This document shows, piece after piece, positions 7,995 to 17,978 of a stretch of 64,000 bases of DNA. This DNA is from a phage. How positions within the stretch are numbered: the first letter of the stretch is position 1; every line of letters begins with the position of its first letter. Below the pieces are notes generated by a model. It was not told the DNA's origin. It was given only the letters and a program-made list of their open reading frames with translations, and did no database searches. The DNA is taken from the sequence record NC_135732.1; one strand, given 5' to 3'. Made by a program: the position numbers and the translations under genes.

Positions 7995-9277
7995 TGCATC
8001 AAATCAAAACAACACTGTACGCACTGAACAAAGATGGCAGCTACCAACAGTGGAAAGTATTCACTGATGGCGAAAAGGTTATCGTAGAGTTTGGCAAGCT
8101 TGACGGTAAATTGCAGTACAAAGAGACGGTATGTACACCTAAAAACGTAGGTCGTGCCAACGAGACTACAGCTGAGCAACAGGCCGAGCTTGAGGCTATC
8201 AGCAAGTGGGAAAAACAAGTCCGTCTGGGGTATGTTGAAAACATGGAAGATTGCGAGCAGGGTGTTGATCTTTTACCTATGCTGGTGCATGACTACCTGA
8301 AGCGTGGCAAGGCACTTAAATTACCTTGCTGGATCTTGCGTAAGTTAGATGGCCTTCGTCTGCTTGTTGTTTTCCAAAATGGTGAGCCTAAATTTATTTC
8401 CCGTGGTAATAAGTCCTACCCTATTCAAGGAAAGCTTTTAGAGCAACTTCGTTCTTTCCATTCTACCACTGGGATTAAACAACTTGATGGGGAACTATAC
8501 ATTCATGGTCTTCCTTTGCAGAAAATAGTGTCTCTTGCTAAACGGTGGCGCACACAGGAAGAGATTCAGGCCGAGATCGATAAAGACTATGAGGCAGATA
8601 AAAAACGCCGTCATGCAGCAATTAAGGCAGGCTTATCAACATACAAAAACTTCAACAAGGTAGATATTCCTGTCGATGTTGAGCCTGTTCGTGATGATTT
8701 GCGTTACGGTGGATACTGTAGCTACGATCTGGAGTATCACATTTTTGATATTCCTAGCGACAAGGTGTGGTGGGATCCAGAAACAGAGTCTGGACGCTGC
8801 AAGGATCTTATGGATGCAGAGGATACCGTTACCACTCTGATGCTTGATCATATCAAGGTTGTTGACGCAGAGCTTGCGTACACAGTTGATCATTGCGAAG
8901 AATCTGTTGGTATATTCATGTCCGAAGGATATGAAGGTACTATCATGCGTAATTTCTGCGGTAAATATGAGTATGGTCAGCGAACATCTGAAGCATTGAA
9001 ATGGAAAAAGTTCAACGACGCAGAGGTGAAAGTTATTGACGTTGAGAAAGATAAGAATGATGAAGGTGTTCTTATCTGTGTTGACAAGGAAGGTGTTGTT
9101 GTTAAAATGAAGATGAAAGGCACGCACGAGGAGCGTAGCTATGACAGAATGCAGGAAATGATCGGCAAGTTTGTCACCTTCAAATATCAAGCAAGGACAG
9201 AAGACAACAACTACCAATTCCCTGTCGGTATCTGCGTCCGAAATGTTAACCCAGACACTTGGGAGGTGCTTGAATGA
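7994..9277 (+). CDS. ATP-dependent DNA ligase
   Basis: Ligase motif I RKLDGLR, motif III DGELYIHG, motif IV EGTIMR, motif V KWKK. Confidence 0.8.
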   Translation: MHQIKTTLYALNKDGSYQQWKVFTDGEKVIVEFGKLDGKLQYKETVCTPKNVGRANETTAEQQAELEAISKWEKQVRLGYVENMEDCEQGVDLLPMLVHDYLKRGKALKLPCWILRKLDGLRLLVVFQNGEPKFISRGNKSYPIQGKLLEQLRSFHSTTGIKQLDGELYIHGLPLQKIVSLAKRWRTQEEIQAEIDKDYEADKKRRHAAIKAGLSTYKNFNKVDIPVDVEPVRDDLRYGGYCSYDLEYHIFDIPSDKVWWDPETESGRCKDLMDAEDTVTTLMLDHIKVVDAELAYTVDHCEESVGIFMSEGYEGTIMRNFCGKYEYGQRTSEALKWKKFNDAEVKVIDVEKDKNDEGVLICVDKEGVVVKMKMKGTHEERSYDRMQEMIGKFVTFKYQARTEDNNYQFPVGICVRNVNPDTWEVLE

Positions 9278-9400
9278 TGTAGGAAGGTTCAGTAGGTAAC
9301 GGTAGCCAATTGAATGATGGTTTTCAATCGGCACCTACATAACCACACTGTGTAGTGTTGTTGATCGTGTTAGTTATGAGTAAACTGGAGAGTATGAAAA

Positions 9401-9871
9401 ATGAAACTTGATAAAAATGTTCAACGAAAAGCTTTCTTGGACATGATCGCATATTCGGAAGGCACAGATAATGGTAGGCAACCCACTAAGGATCGGGGAT
9501 ACGATGTCATAGTTGGTGGCAAGCTGTTTAGCGATTACAGCAAGCATCCAGGTGTGTACGTTAAGCTAAATGCTAAACTTACCTCCTCCGCTGCTGGTCG
9601 TTACCAGGTTTTGGAGAAGTTTGCTAAACACTACATGGAACAGTTAGGATTGCCAGATTTTGGCCCCGCCAGTCAGGACAAGATTGCGTTGCAACTGATC
9701 CGTGAGTGCAAGGCTCTCGCCGACATTGACGAAGGGCGTATCCACGAGGCTATCCATAAATGCCGTTCCCGCTGGGCTTCGTTACCTGGTGCTGGATATG
9801 GTCAGCATGAACAGAAGATCGAGAAGTTGATCGAGGTGTTTAAAAAGGCAGGCGGTGTTGTCCTTGATTGA
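9401..9871 (+). CDS. endolysin, lambda R-type lytic transglycosylase
   Basis: Near-colinear with recalled lambda R: RKAFLDMIAYSEGTDNGRQ, GYDVIVGG, AGRYQ, WASLPGAGYGQ. Confidence 0.9.
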   Translation: MKLDKNVQRKAFLDMIAYSEGTDNGRQPTKDRGYDVIVGGKLFSDYSKHPGVYVKLNAKLTSSAAGRYQVLEKFAKHYMEQLGLPDFGPASQDKIALQLIRECKALADIDEGRIHEAIHKCRSRWASLPGAGYGQHEQKIEKLIEVFKKAGGVVLD

Positions 9872-9934
9872 TCATTGACATAACCACACGGACGTGGTAT
9901 TGTTACCTCATAAAATGTTTAGGAGGGCTTAACC

Positions 9935-10141
9935 ATGAAAGATTTTCTGTTGGCAATTTTGTTCATGGTAGCATGTCTGTCCTGTGGTGTCGTGTTTGCA
10001 GGTGAAACAGCGTATCTTGTCGATGTATATCGGGACAATGGTAAACGTATTTGCCTTTATGAGACAAGTCAAGGTGAGCTCTACGAGCTTGTGAAACAAG
10101 GTGAGGCAGGTTCCTGCCCTCGCACCCATTTCTTTGAATGA
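9935..10141 (+). CDS. small secreted or lipoprotein-like protein
   Basis: 68 aa with N-terminal hydrophobic signal LLAILFMVACLSCGVVFA; immediately downstream of the endolysin. Confidence 0.45.
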   Translation: MKDFLLAILFMVACLSCGVVFAGETAYLVDVYRDNGKRICLYETSQGELYELVKQGEAGSCPRTHFFE

Positions 10142-10169
10142 GGGAGAACACGTGGAAGACGGACGTTTA

Positions 10170-10616
10170 ATGAAGTCTGAACGCAGGCTTATTGTGCAAC
10201 TGATCCCAGAAACAGCTTGGTATAATAACCTCCGAAACGCTGTGAAGAAGAGTGAGTGGGATAAGATACGTAAGAAGTGCTATAGAGAAGCCAACTACAC
10301 TTGTGAGGTGTGCGGCGGTAAAGGCAGCAAACACCCAGTGGAGTGTCATGAACTTTACACTTTCGAAGAGGGAGTGATCCGGCTTGTCGGACTGATAGCA
10401 CTGTGCCCGGATTGTCACACATCGGTGCATCCTGGGTTAGCAAATATCCGTGGAAAGTATGCTCAGGCAGTTAATCAGTTGGCTAAGGTGAATAAGATCA
10501 CCAAGAGTATGGCAGAGGCGTATTACCGAGACTGCTTTGCAGAGTGGCGTGAGCTTAGTAAAGTTCCAGAATGGAAGACTGACTTTTCGTGGATAGAGGG
10601 TTACCTTGATGGCTAA
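10170..10616 (+). CDS. putative HNH-type zinc-finger nuclease
   Basis: Cys/His motifs CEVCG...HPVECHELY...CPDCH. Start moved to ATG 10170; track start is GTG 10101 overlapping the upstream ORF. Confidence 0.45.
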   Translation: MKSERRLIVQLIPETAWYNNLRNAVKKSEWDKIRKKCYREANYTCEVCGGKGSKHPVECHELYTFEEGVIRLVGLIALCPDCHTSVHPGLANIRGKYAQAVNQLAKVNKITKSMAEAYYRDCFAEWRELSKVPEWKTDFSWIEGYLDG

Positions 10617-10899
10617 GAGACCTGTAAAAGAGAAATTCGATAAGACAGCTTTTGTATTCGATACACCTCTGGACGACATCATTAGAGGTATGCAATCATT
10701 GTATCGGAAGGCTGAATCTGAGCAGCTGTCGGAATCAGAACTTTACTGGCTCGGTTGGTGGGAGTTAAACCTGCCTAAAGCTGAAAGTTCTTCTCTGAGA
10801 ACTGTTAAAACGTGCGCCCAAGAAAACGCTGCACTTGGAATCTACCACAAAAGGAAAAGATCAACAAAAAGCTCTCCAAGAAAGACTAAAAAGTCTTGA
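10606..10899 (+). CDS. hypothetical protein
   Basis: 97-aa ORF with basic C-terminus. Confidence 0.4.
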   Translation: MMAKRPVKEKFDKTAFVFDTPLDDIIRGMQSLYRKAESEQLSESELYWLGWWELNLPKAESSSLRTVKTCAQENAALGIYHKRKRSTKSSPRKTKKS

Positions 10900-10925
10900 C
10901 AAAAGTGTTATTAATCTGATATTAT
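10896..10925 (+). promoter_or_regulatory. sigma70-like promoter
   Basis: TTGACA, 18-bp spacer, TG-n-TATTAT extended -10. Confidence 0.55.
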
Positions 10926-10958
10926 CGGTCAGATATCTATAAACTAGGAGAACTAGAT

Positions 10959-11267
10959 ATGCTTAAAATTTTTATTGTTGAAGATAAAGATATTGTCCAG
11001 TTGTATGCAAACGAGAATCATAAAGGTATGATTCTGAAGAAGGCAAGCAACCTTCATGAAAACACAATTCAACCTGGCGATGTAATTAAGATCTGTGGTT
11101 ATATGATACCAGACTCCTTGATGAAAATAACCCACCACTGGGGGTCTAATCCGTTCCTTTTTGAAAAGTATTGGGATGTTGAGTCACTTATTGCAGAGAG
11201 TGATGATGCATTCCATTACAGCATCCAACCATCTTGCAGAATAACTAACAGGAGGGTCTTTGAGTAG
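10959..11267 (+). CDS. hypothetical protein
   Basis: 102-aa ORF downstream of the promoter. Confidence 0.5.
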   Translation: MLKIFIVEDKDIVQLYANENHKGMILKKASNLHENTIQPGDVIKICGYMIPDSLMKITHHWGSNPFLFEKYWDVESLIAESDDAFHYSIQPSCRITNRRVFE

Positions 11268-12399
11268 AGAATATCCACTTATTGAGTCCATAGATTGTCT
11301 GGCTGATCTTCTTGAACCTGACGCTATAGTTTATTATGACTTCGATCAGGTTGCATATCAAGCTGCAGCAAGTTGTGAAAAAAGGACAATTGAGGTAACA
11401 CACAAAGCCTCCGGACGTAAGAAGATGTTTAAAACACGAACAGAGTTCTGGGGGCGGCAGAAGAACACAGTTGGTGGTTGGTTAAAAGCTGAGAATACCA
11501 ACCGTGAAGCTGCATGTAAAAAGGCTGGCAAGGAGTTTATTCCGTGGACACGAGAAGATTTCGATGTCTTGGATATCCAAACCCCTGATCCTGTAGAGAA
11601 CTGCTTGCACACAATTAAGTGTAAAGCGAATGCAGTCCTTAATTATCTCGGTATTCCGGAAGATCGGTGCGTGGGGGTACTTGGAGGCACAGGTAATTTC
11701 AGACTAGATCTTCCCATGCCGGAAAGATATAAAGCCAACCGTAACAATACTCTTCGACCACTGCTGCTTGGAGATGCAAGACAGTATCTCCAAAAGCAGT
11801 ATAATGCTCAAGTGATCAACGGTATCGAGGCTGACGACTGGTTAGCTATCCAGCAATTTGAAGGTTGGAACCACTACCAAAAAACAGGTAAGTTCAACAA
11901 GTTTATTATCTCTATTGATAAGGACCAAAGAACACTGCCGGGGCTTGTGTTCGATCCCATGCGAAACGATAAGGGAGATTTTGTAAGGGAAACCCCTATG
12001 CTGATCGATAACGGTATGGGGAACATCTTCATGAAGCCTAATGGAGAGGTTGGTGGTTACGGAATGCTGTTCTTCGGATACCAAATGCTGTGTGGTGACT
12101 CTGCCGACAATATCAAGCCGTATCAAGGACTTATCGGTAAGGGTAAGTTCGGGGATGCCTCAGCATTCTACCTACTGTCTCAGTGCAGCACTCCAAAGGA
12201 GATGTGGGTGGCTATTATTGATCAGTACAAGAAGTGGTTCCCGAAAGGTGTTGTTAAGTATACTGACTTCAATGGTGTTGATCGTAGAATTTCCGTAGGT
12301 CAATGGATGAGTATAATTTTTGACTGTTTGTATATGAAGCGAACATTCAATGATCAAACAAAACTTGTTAACGTTCTCAGAAATGTTGGAGCAATTTGA
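11260..12399 (+). CDS. 5'-3' exonuclease / flap endonuclease (T4 RNase H-like)
   Basis: Motifs YKANR and GIEADDW, N-terminal acidic YDFDQ; resembles Pol I 5' nuclease and T4 rnh. Confidence 0.7.
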   Translation: MSREYPLIESIDCLADLLEPDAIVYYDFDQVAYQAAASCEKRTIEVTHKASGRKKMFKTRTEFWGRQKNTVGGWLKAENTNREAACKKAGKEFIPWTREDFDVLDIQTPDPVENCLHTIKCKANAVLNYLGIPEDRCVGVLGGTGNFRLDLPMPERYKANRNNTLRPLLLGDARQYLQKQYNAQVINGIEADDWLAIQQFEGWNHYQKTGKFNKFIISIDKDQRTLPGLVFDPMRNDKGDFVRETPMLIDNGMGNIFMKPNGEVGGYGMLFFGYQMLCGDSADNIKPYQGLIGKGKFGDASAFYLLSQCSTPKEMWVAIIDQYKKWFPKGVVKYTDFNGVDRRISVGQWMSIIFDCLYMKRTFNDQTKLVNVLRNVGAI

Positions 12400-12731
12400 T
12401 GACTAAAAATTCTGTAGATAGTGCAATTATGGAAGCTGTTTTTGAGGATGATCATACAACAGGGACACTTAAAACAAAAAATACATTCGTTGTTGCCACA
12501 GGTATGTGGCGGTTGTATGAAGATGACACCATTTCATACATCCTGTACACTGATGATTACGCAGATGACCGTGTATGGTCTGCTGTTTTAAAAGAGGATT
12601 GTGAACTGATTGAGGGCGAGCGGTTATGCATGTTCACCAGTGTGGAAACAGATGTTAAGCTTTGCTCTCTCGTCTTGTTCAAAGATAAGGCTTATGCTCC
12701 TGATGAAGGAGAGGAGGATGAGGAAGTATGA
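12396..12731 (+). CDS. hypothetical protein, acidic C-terminus
   Basis: 111-aa ORF, ATGA overlap with upstream gene. Confidence 0.5.
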   Translation: MMTKNSVDSAIMEAVFEDDHTTGTLKTKNTFVVATGMWRLYEDDTISYILYTDDYADDRVWSAVLKEDCELIEGERLCMFTSVETDVKLCSLVLFKDKAYAPDEGEEDEEV

Positions 12732-13357
12732 GAGAGCGTCTATTATCCATAGACCAGTCGTTGACACACACAGCTTGCGTTGTATGGGACGATGGAAAGC
12801 CTGTTCATAAGGTTGTGTTACGAACTCAAAGCTCATCTGCAAAAGAGAAGAAACCAGGGACGGTTTCTTTTGCAACAGCTGCTGAGCGTATTGACTGGAT
12901 CTGCAAACAGGTCAGATATTATATCCACACGCATGGAGTTGACACCGTGGTTATGGAAGGACTTTCCTTCGGATCTCGCGGGGATGCCACACGTGAACTG
13001 GCTGGGTTGTTTTACGGTCTCGAAGTTATGCTTTGGGATGCTTTAGCTGATTGTGAAAATGACGGCCTGTTTAAGGTTCACACAGTGACACCAACAACTG
13101 CCAAAAAGTTTGCTCGTAGTCATCTTCCTGAAGAACTTGCTTTTGAGGAGAAGAAAAAGCTTGACAAAAAGACAGGTAAAGAGCATACTGTGAAGAAACC
13201 TGTTACGATGGATAAAAAGTTGATGGTTAAGGCCTGCGAAGTATCTGAACCAGGGTTCCTAGATGGGATCAATTTGGTACAAGGTAAGGCCGATCTCGCA
13301 GATGCTTATTGGATAGGCAGGGCGCATCTGGAGGGGTTATCGCAAAGCGTAAAATAA
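12728..13357 (+). CDS. RuvC-like Holliday junction resolvase
   Basis: Catalytic-style acidic motifs LSIDQS, VVMEGLSFGS, DAYWIG in RuvC order. Confidence 0.6.
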   Translation: MRERLLSIDQSLTHTACVVWDDGKPVHKVVLRTQSSSAKEKKPGTVSFATAAERIDWICKQVRYYIHTHGVDTVVMEGLSFGSRGDATRELAGLFYGLEVMLWDALADCENDGLFKVHTVTPTTAKKFARSHLPEELAFEEKKKLDKKTGKEHTVKKPVTMDKKLMVKACEVSEPGFLDGINLVQGKADLADAYWIGRAHLEGLSQSVK

Positions 13358-13914
13358 GAAAGAAAGCTGTCAAAGCCCCCGTTCATAGCGGGTGGCTAAA
13401 AGATTCTAAGGACATAGCCAACTTTCGAAAAGAATTGTCAGAGGAGCAGGATGGTCTTGATCCGATCTTGTGCGAGCCACTTCGTAAGCCTTGTTTAGAT
13501 CATGATCATCTGACTGGTCGTTGCAGGGGTGTTTTGTCTCAGTGCACTAATACCTTTGAGGGGTATGTGCTTAAATACTGGATGAAATACTGTAACGAGT
13601 ATACAGATTGCAGTTTATCAGAGGCGTTGCGCCGGATGGCTGACTATCTGGAGAAAGACTACAGCGACTTCCCGCTCCACAAAAACTACAGAGATGATAT
13701 GACAAAGTTCTTGAGGAGATGCTCTAAAGCTACGATTATTGCACGAGCAGAATCAGATCTCAATCTTGTCATTAATCCAGAGTGCACCAAGCATGAGGCT
13801 ATTGAGTCCTACATGCAGGAGTTTATAAAGAAAACTGAGGAGAGAGATTTCTATGGGGATGAAAAAGGTATTCAATCCTTGCGACTCAGTCCTGATCAGG
13901 ATGAAATACCGTAA
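13309..13914 (+). CDS. endonuclease VII (T4 gp49-like)
   Basis: CLDHDHLTGRCRGVLSQCTNTFEG matches the T4 EndoVII signature. Start uncertain; 49-nt overlap with upstream gene. Confidence 0.75.
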   Translation: MDRQGASGGVIAKRKIRKKAVKAPVHSGWLKDSKDIANFRKELSEEQDGLDPILCEPLRKPCLDHDHLTGRCRGVLSQCTNTFEGYVLKYWMKYCNEYTDCSLSEALRRMADYLEKDYSDFPLHKNYRDDMTKFLRRCSKATIIARAESDLNLVINPECTKHEAIESYMQEFIKKTEERDFYGDEKGIQSLRLSPDQDEIP

Positions 13915-14074
13915 CTGGAAAGGTGCTGTTGCAGATCGCTGCGTTACTGAGCCTAATTTATGGTTTGGCTCTACAGAGTATCATAAAGAAGAGCAGTGGT
14001 TGATGCATGCCTTTGATGTAGACAAGGGCGAATATCGTGACTTCGCTTTAAAAGACATTCTTCAGTTTTACTAA
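13901..14074 (+). CDS. hypothetical small protein
   Basis: Track ORF 13853..14074 trimmed to ATG 13901; weak RBS. Confidence 0.3.
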   Translation: MKYRNWKGAVADRCVTEPNLWFGSTEYHKEEQWLMHAFDVDKGEYRDFALKDILQFY

Positions 14075-14080
14075 GGAATT

Positions 14081-15070
14081 TTGACGATGATGACAAAGTT
14101 AACTCTTGAGCAAATTTTAACACTAAAGCAGCAGGGATACACTAATAGACAAATTGCTCGTGAATTTTTAGGCCGTGAGTCACGTGAGAGTTGGATCCGA
14201 CTACAGCTTAAACGTGCACAAGAGAATATGTCAGAGATTGTAGGAGAAGCAACGGAGCGCTTCCTTGAAGAACACAAAGGAGCTAAAGTTTGGGTGTATG
14301 ATACAGAAACATCACCAACAAACGGCTGGTTCTTTGGGCACTATAAGACCAACATTCAAACCTGCGGTATTGAAATTATGCCCTATATGCTAACTTTCGC
14401 AGGTAAGTGGTTAGACAGTCCTAGTGTGGTTGACTGCGCTCTTCCCGATTACAAAATGTGGGATGATGATATTCACAATGACCTCGAATTGATTCAGGAC
14501 TTGTGGTATTATCTTGATAAATGTGATGTCGCAGTAGCCCACAATTCAGGTTTTGACTGTGGGTGGGCAAACCAACGATTTGCATTTCACGGGTTGCCTC
14601 CAACAAGCCCATACAAAGAGGTTGACACCCTTAAAATGATCAAGAAGGCATTCCGTTTGAATGCAAACACTTTGGAGTATGCATGCAAATACTTCCAACT
14701 TGCCCGACAGAAACTGATTGACCACACATTTGAAATGTGGATCAAGTGTGTTCATGGTGATCTTGAGGCGTTTAAACAGATGCGGGAGTACAATGTTGGT
14801 GATATCCTATCTCTGGAAGGCCTGTATTTGCTGGCACGCCCGTTTGCTAAGCAGCACCCCAACATGTCATTGTACTACCAGGATGAGGAGCCAAAAGTTC
14901 GTTGCCCACGCTGCGGTGGAGAACACCTTCACGAGGAAGAAGCTTTGGCGTATACTCAACTGAGTGCATTTAAAACATATCGCTGCGAAGGTTGTGGATC
15001 TGTTGTTCGTGACCGTAACAACATCCGTACCAGAGAAGAAATGAAAAACACCCTGATTCAGATAATCTAA
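14081..15070 (+). CDS. DEDD-family 3'-5' exonuclease with N-terminal HTH and C-terminal zinc ribbon
   Basis: HTH LTLKQQGYTNRQIAREF; exo motifs VYDTETS, AHNSGFD, YNVGD; CPRCG...CEGCG. Confidence 0.65.
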   Translation: MTMMTKLTLEQILTLKQQGYTNRQIAREFLGRESRESWIRLQLKRAQENMSEIVGEATERFLEEHKGAKVWVYDTETSPTNGWFFGHYKTNIQTCGIEIMPYMLTFAGKWLDSPSVVDCALPDYKMWDDDIHNDLELIQDLWYYLDKCDVAVAHNSGFDCGWANQRFAFHGLPPTSPYKEVDTLKMIKKAFRLNANTLEYACKYFQLARQKLIDHTFEMWIKCVHGDLEAFKQMREYNVGDILSLEGLYLLARPFAKQHPNMSLYYQDEEPKVRCPRCGGEHLHEEEALAYTQLSAFKTYRCEGCGSVVRDRNNIRTREEMKNTLIQII

Positions 15071-15078
15071 TCAAGTAT

Positions 15079-15106
15079 AGGGAGGCTTGCGCCTCCCTTT
15101 TCCTTT
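15079..15106 (+). terminator. rho-independent terminator
   Basis: Perfect hairpin GGAGGC-ttgc-GCCTCC followed by CTTTTCCTTTT. Confidence 0.65.
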
Positions 15107-15116
15107 TGGAGGCACT

Positions 15117-15935
15117 TTGAGCAAGAAAGAGTCCAACGACAAATATTACACAAACCCTGAGTATGCAGAATATCTTGTTGGTAAAGTAAAAGATAAGTAT
15201 GGAAATTGTGCATACGTTGAGCCTTCTGCTGGAAGGGGTTCTTTTTCAAAACTATTTTCAGAGATACTGTCTTACGATCTAGTACCAGATCCTGAATTTG
15301 AAGGACCAACACCGTGCATTCAGGCAAACTTCTTGGAGGTGCATCCCAAGGCAGATGTCTTCATAGGTAACCCACCATTTGGCAAGAATTCATCTTTAGC
15401 TTGCAAATTCTTTAACCATTGTGCATCATTGCTAGAGCTTGGAGGGGCTATAGCCTTCATCTTGCCACGGACATTTGAAAAAATATTTTTTGCAAACAAA
15501 CTGGACATGTCGATGCACCTTGTCTACAGTGAAAGGTGCCCTAAGAACTCGTTTCTACTTAATGGCAAACCTTATGACGTGCCGTGTGTTTTCCAAATTT
15601 GGGAGAAAAAGGCGTGCAACAGGGATCCTGTAGAGATTGGGGAGAATAAGTTATTTTCTTTTAGCACTCCAGATGACTACGACTTCTGTGTAAGACGTGT
15701 TGGGTATAATGCTGGAAAAGTATTGGGGGAGGATGACCCAAAATCTGAAGAATCAACATATTTCATAAAATCTTTAGTTGACGGTGTTGACAGAGTGTTT
15801 GCTGAATGCTATTCTTCTTTTCAAGAAGAAGCAGGTAAGACTGCCGGAATGAAGAGTATAGGTAAGAAAGAACTACAATACATTTTGGAGACTAGGTATG
15901 ATCAAAAGCATAGACTTGACCAAAGAACTTACTGA
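15117..15935 (+). CDS. DNA N6-adenine methyltransferase
   Basis: Motifs VEPSAGRGSF (AdoMet binding) and NPPFG (motif IV). Track start TTG 15087 lies inside the terminator hairpin, so the in-frame TTG at 15117 after GGAGG is preferred; uncertain. Confidence 0.65.
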   Translation: MSKKESNDKYYTNPEYAEYLVGKVKDKYGNCAYVEPSAGRGSFSKLFSEILSYDLVPDPEFEGPTPCIQANFLEVHPKADVFIGNPPFGKNSSLACKFFNHCASLLELGGAIAFILPRTFEKIFFANKLDMSMHLVYSERCPKNSFLLNGKPYDVPCVFQIWEKKACNRDPVEIGENKLFSFSTPDDYDFCVRRVGYNAGKVLGEDDPKSEESTYFIKSLVDGVDRVFAECYSSFQEEAGKTAGMKSIGKKELQYILETRYDQKHRLDQRTY

Positions 15936-16356
15936 TGCAAAAGCTTTTGGTGAGACAGCGGTACAAAGGGGGCAGGCGATGGGACTGGCACTACCTTTCG
16001 TATTAAAAGAGCACTTTACAGATTTTCAACTTATCAAGGGTGATAAGGGAATGCTTATCCTGGAGCATAAGTTGAGTAAGAAACGCTATAAAGTTGTTTT
16101 TAATTCTAAAGCTCCAACAAAACTGGGATTCAGAACTTACAATCTTAACCCATCCTACACTAAGGGTGTTGGAAGGGTAGAACAACAGCATTTCAGTGCC
16201 AGAGCTTCTTTAGCCCCTTTGATGCTAAATTTCTCAGGGGTGGCTTTAGGATACCTTGATAAGAAAAGAGTTCTTCATGTCCGTTTCACAGACTTTGTAA
16301 CGCTTCTAGCCAACAACGAGGTTGATGAAAAGGGACGTGTAAAAACAAACTTCTAA
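15898..16356 (+). CDS. hypothetical protein
   Basis: 152-aa ORF. Confidence 0.45.
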   Translation: MIKSIDLTKELTDAKAFGETAVQRGQAMGLALPFVLKEHFTDFQLIKGDKGMLILEHKLSKKRYKVVFNSKAPTKLGFRTYNLNPSYTKGVGRVEQQHFSARASLAPLMLNFSGVALGYLDKKRVLHVRFTDFVTLLANNEVDEKGRVKTNF

Positions 16357-16383
16357 TAACGCATAGTATGATTGGAGAACGCA

Positions 16384-16575
16384 ATGACACTAAAGTTAAC
16401 AATTCCAGACAGCTTTTCAGAAGACTTTATCCCAGAAATGATGGGTAAGATGCGATCATTGCTTGATCAGATCGAGGAAGCTGTTTGGGAAGACGATGCT
16501 GTAGTGGCTAACGAGCTGGTAGATAAGTGTAAAAGTATTATTGATGCAGTTGAAGAATACCACGGAGGTTTTTGA
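16384..16575 (+). CDS. hypothetical acidic protein
   Basis: Start at ATG 16384 after GGAGAA RBS. Confidence 0.4.
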   Translation: MTLKLTIPDSFSEDFIPEMMGKMRSLLDQIEEAVWEDDAVVANELVDKCKSIIDAVEEYHGGF

Positions 16576-17189
16576 TGGATATTATTGTTCTTAACGCCCC
16601 ACCCAGCAGTGGTAAGGATCACATTGCAGATCTCTTGTTGGAAGCTATTCCTAACTCACACCACCGTGAGGTTAAGGAGATGCTCTTCAGTGTGGCAATT
16701 AAGGCAGCTGGTGTAACTCCTCAACTCTGGAATGCACTTTATGACCGCCACTACAAAGAAGAGCCTTGCCCTTTCTTAATGATAGACGGCAAGCATGTTT
16801 CTCCGCGAGAATGGATGATCCATTGTAGTGAAAATCTGATTAAACCTATCTTTGGTGAAGATGCTTTCGGTAAAGCCGCAGTCGCATCTTTGAAGAAAGA
16901 TTTCCCTAAAGGTAAAGGGGTTGTTGTTTACTCTGATGGTGGATTCAAAGAGGAGCTGGCATGCCTTAGCGAGTACGCGTACAGCACAGGTGGAGATCTG
17001 TTGTTGTTCCGTATTCACCGTGTCGGATATGACTGGGGAAATGATTCCAGAACCTATCTAAGTCTGGAAAAGAACGGAATAAAAGGAATTGAGTTCGATG
17101 TTGTAAACCCTGAAGGTGCACCTTGGGAATGTGCATCGGAGATTGTGTGCAAGTATATTGATGCTAAAGAGGCCCAAGAAGAATGTTAA
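16572..17189 (+). CDS. deoxynucleoside monophosphate kinase
   Basis: N-terminal P-loop variant IIVLNAPPSSGKDH typical of phage dNMP kinases (T4 gp1-like). Confidence 0.6.
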   Translation: MMDIIVLNAPPSSGKDHIADLLLEAIPNSHHREVKEMLFSVAIKAAGVTPQLWNALYDRHYKEEPCPFLMIDGKHVSPREWMIHCSENLIKPIFGEDAFGKAAVASLKKDFPKGKGVVVYSDGGFKEELACLSEYAYSTGGDLLLFRIHRVGYDWGNDSRTYLSLEKNGIKGIEFDVVNPEGAPWECASEIVCKYIDAKEAQEEC

Positions 17190-17776
17190 TCGGTATTGAT
17201 GTAGATTTGACACTGGTAGATTCAGGAACAGCATGGTGGGAGTGGTTGGAGCGTTTATATGGTCCAGCCAGTAAGACAGTCACTAAACCTTCTAATGGGT
17301 TAATGTATTACGATCTGTCAAAGTATTGGCCTGATCGCCCCAAAGAAAACATCATAGGGCCTTTTGATTTCTGGAGTGACCCGTTCCTCTACGACTTTCT
17401 TAAGCCTGAAGAGGGGGCTATTGAGGTTATGAAAGATTTGGTGGCTCGTGGTCACAAGCTTGCATTTATCTCGGTATGCAAGAAAGGTCACCTTGCATCT
17501 AAATCAAGGTTCTTAAAGCGTTGGACTAGTGATTTTATGGATCTGGACGATCACACCCAGGGTCACGGCTTCTACGCCACGCATTTCAAGGGAAATGTGG
17601 CTGTAGATGTTATAATTGACGACAGGCATGAATACCTGAACCAATTCGCTTCACGCCCTGAAGTTATTAAAATCCTAAAAGATACGCCTTATGAGCAATT
17701 TGAGGAGTTAAAGGTCAGTGTTGACTATACCGCTAATAGCTGGTATAAAATAGGAAAGTTTTTAGAAGGTATTTGA
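17183..17776 (+). CDS. HAD-family 5'(3')-deoxyribonucleotidase
   Basis: HAD motif I IGIDVDLTL and motif IV VIIDD. Confidence 0.65.
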   Translation: MLIGIDVDLTLVDSGTAWWEWLERLYGPASKTVTKPSNGLMYYDLSKYWPDRPKENIIGPFDFWSDPFLYDFLKPEEGAIEVMKDLVARGHKLAFISVCKKGHLASKSRFLKRWTSDFMDLDDHTQGHGFYATHFKGNVAVDVIIDDRHEYLNQFASRPEVIKILKDTPYEQFEELKVSVDYTANSWYKIGKFLEGI

Positions 17777-17777
17777 A

Positions 17778-17978
17778 ATGGGCAGATGTTCTAAAGGTGG
17801 CGATCCTGTAGTCAGATACGGTGACTGGCTAGAGGTGTATGATCTGGGAGGTAAGCTGGTGTATGCCTCCAGGATCACCCAAGACATGTGCTCCGATATG
17901 TTCAACAGATACCTTGCATTTAAGGCCAACATAAACCCAGACGAAATTTCCAAAATTAAAACAAGGAGAGCTAAATAA
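17778..17978 (+). CDS. hypothetical protein
   Basis: 66-aa ORF. Confidence 0.4.
   Translation: MGRCSKGGDPVVRYGDWLEVYDLGGKLVYASRITQDMCSDMFNRYLAFKANINPDEISKIKTRRAK

Noticed and set aside
8636-9334. Long antisense ORFs inside large genes (for example 8636-9334, 20776-21390, 58390-59407, 61916-62611)
   Set aside because: Fully embedded antisense in well-supported conserved genes (ligase, nrdA, DNA polymerase, primase-helicase); no RBS.
10101-10169. GTG start at 10101 for the HNH-like gene
   Set aside because: Would overlap the upstream signal-peptide ORF by 41 nt; the in-frame ATG at 10170 was chosen, with low confidence.
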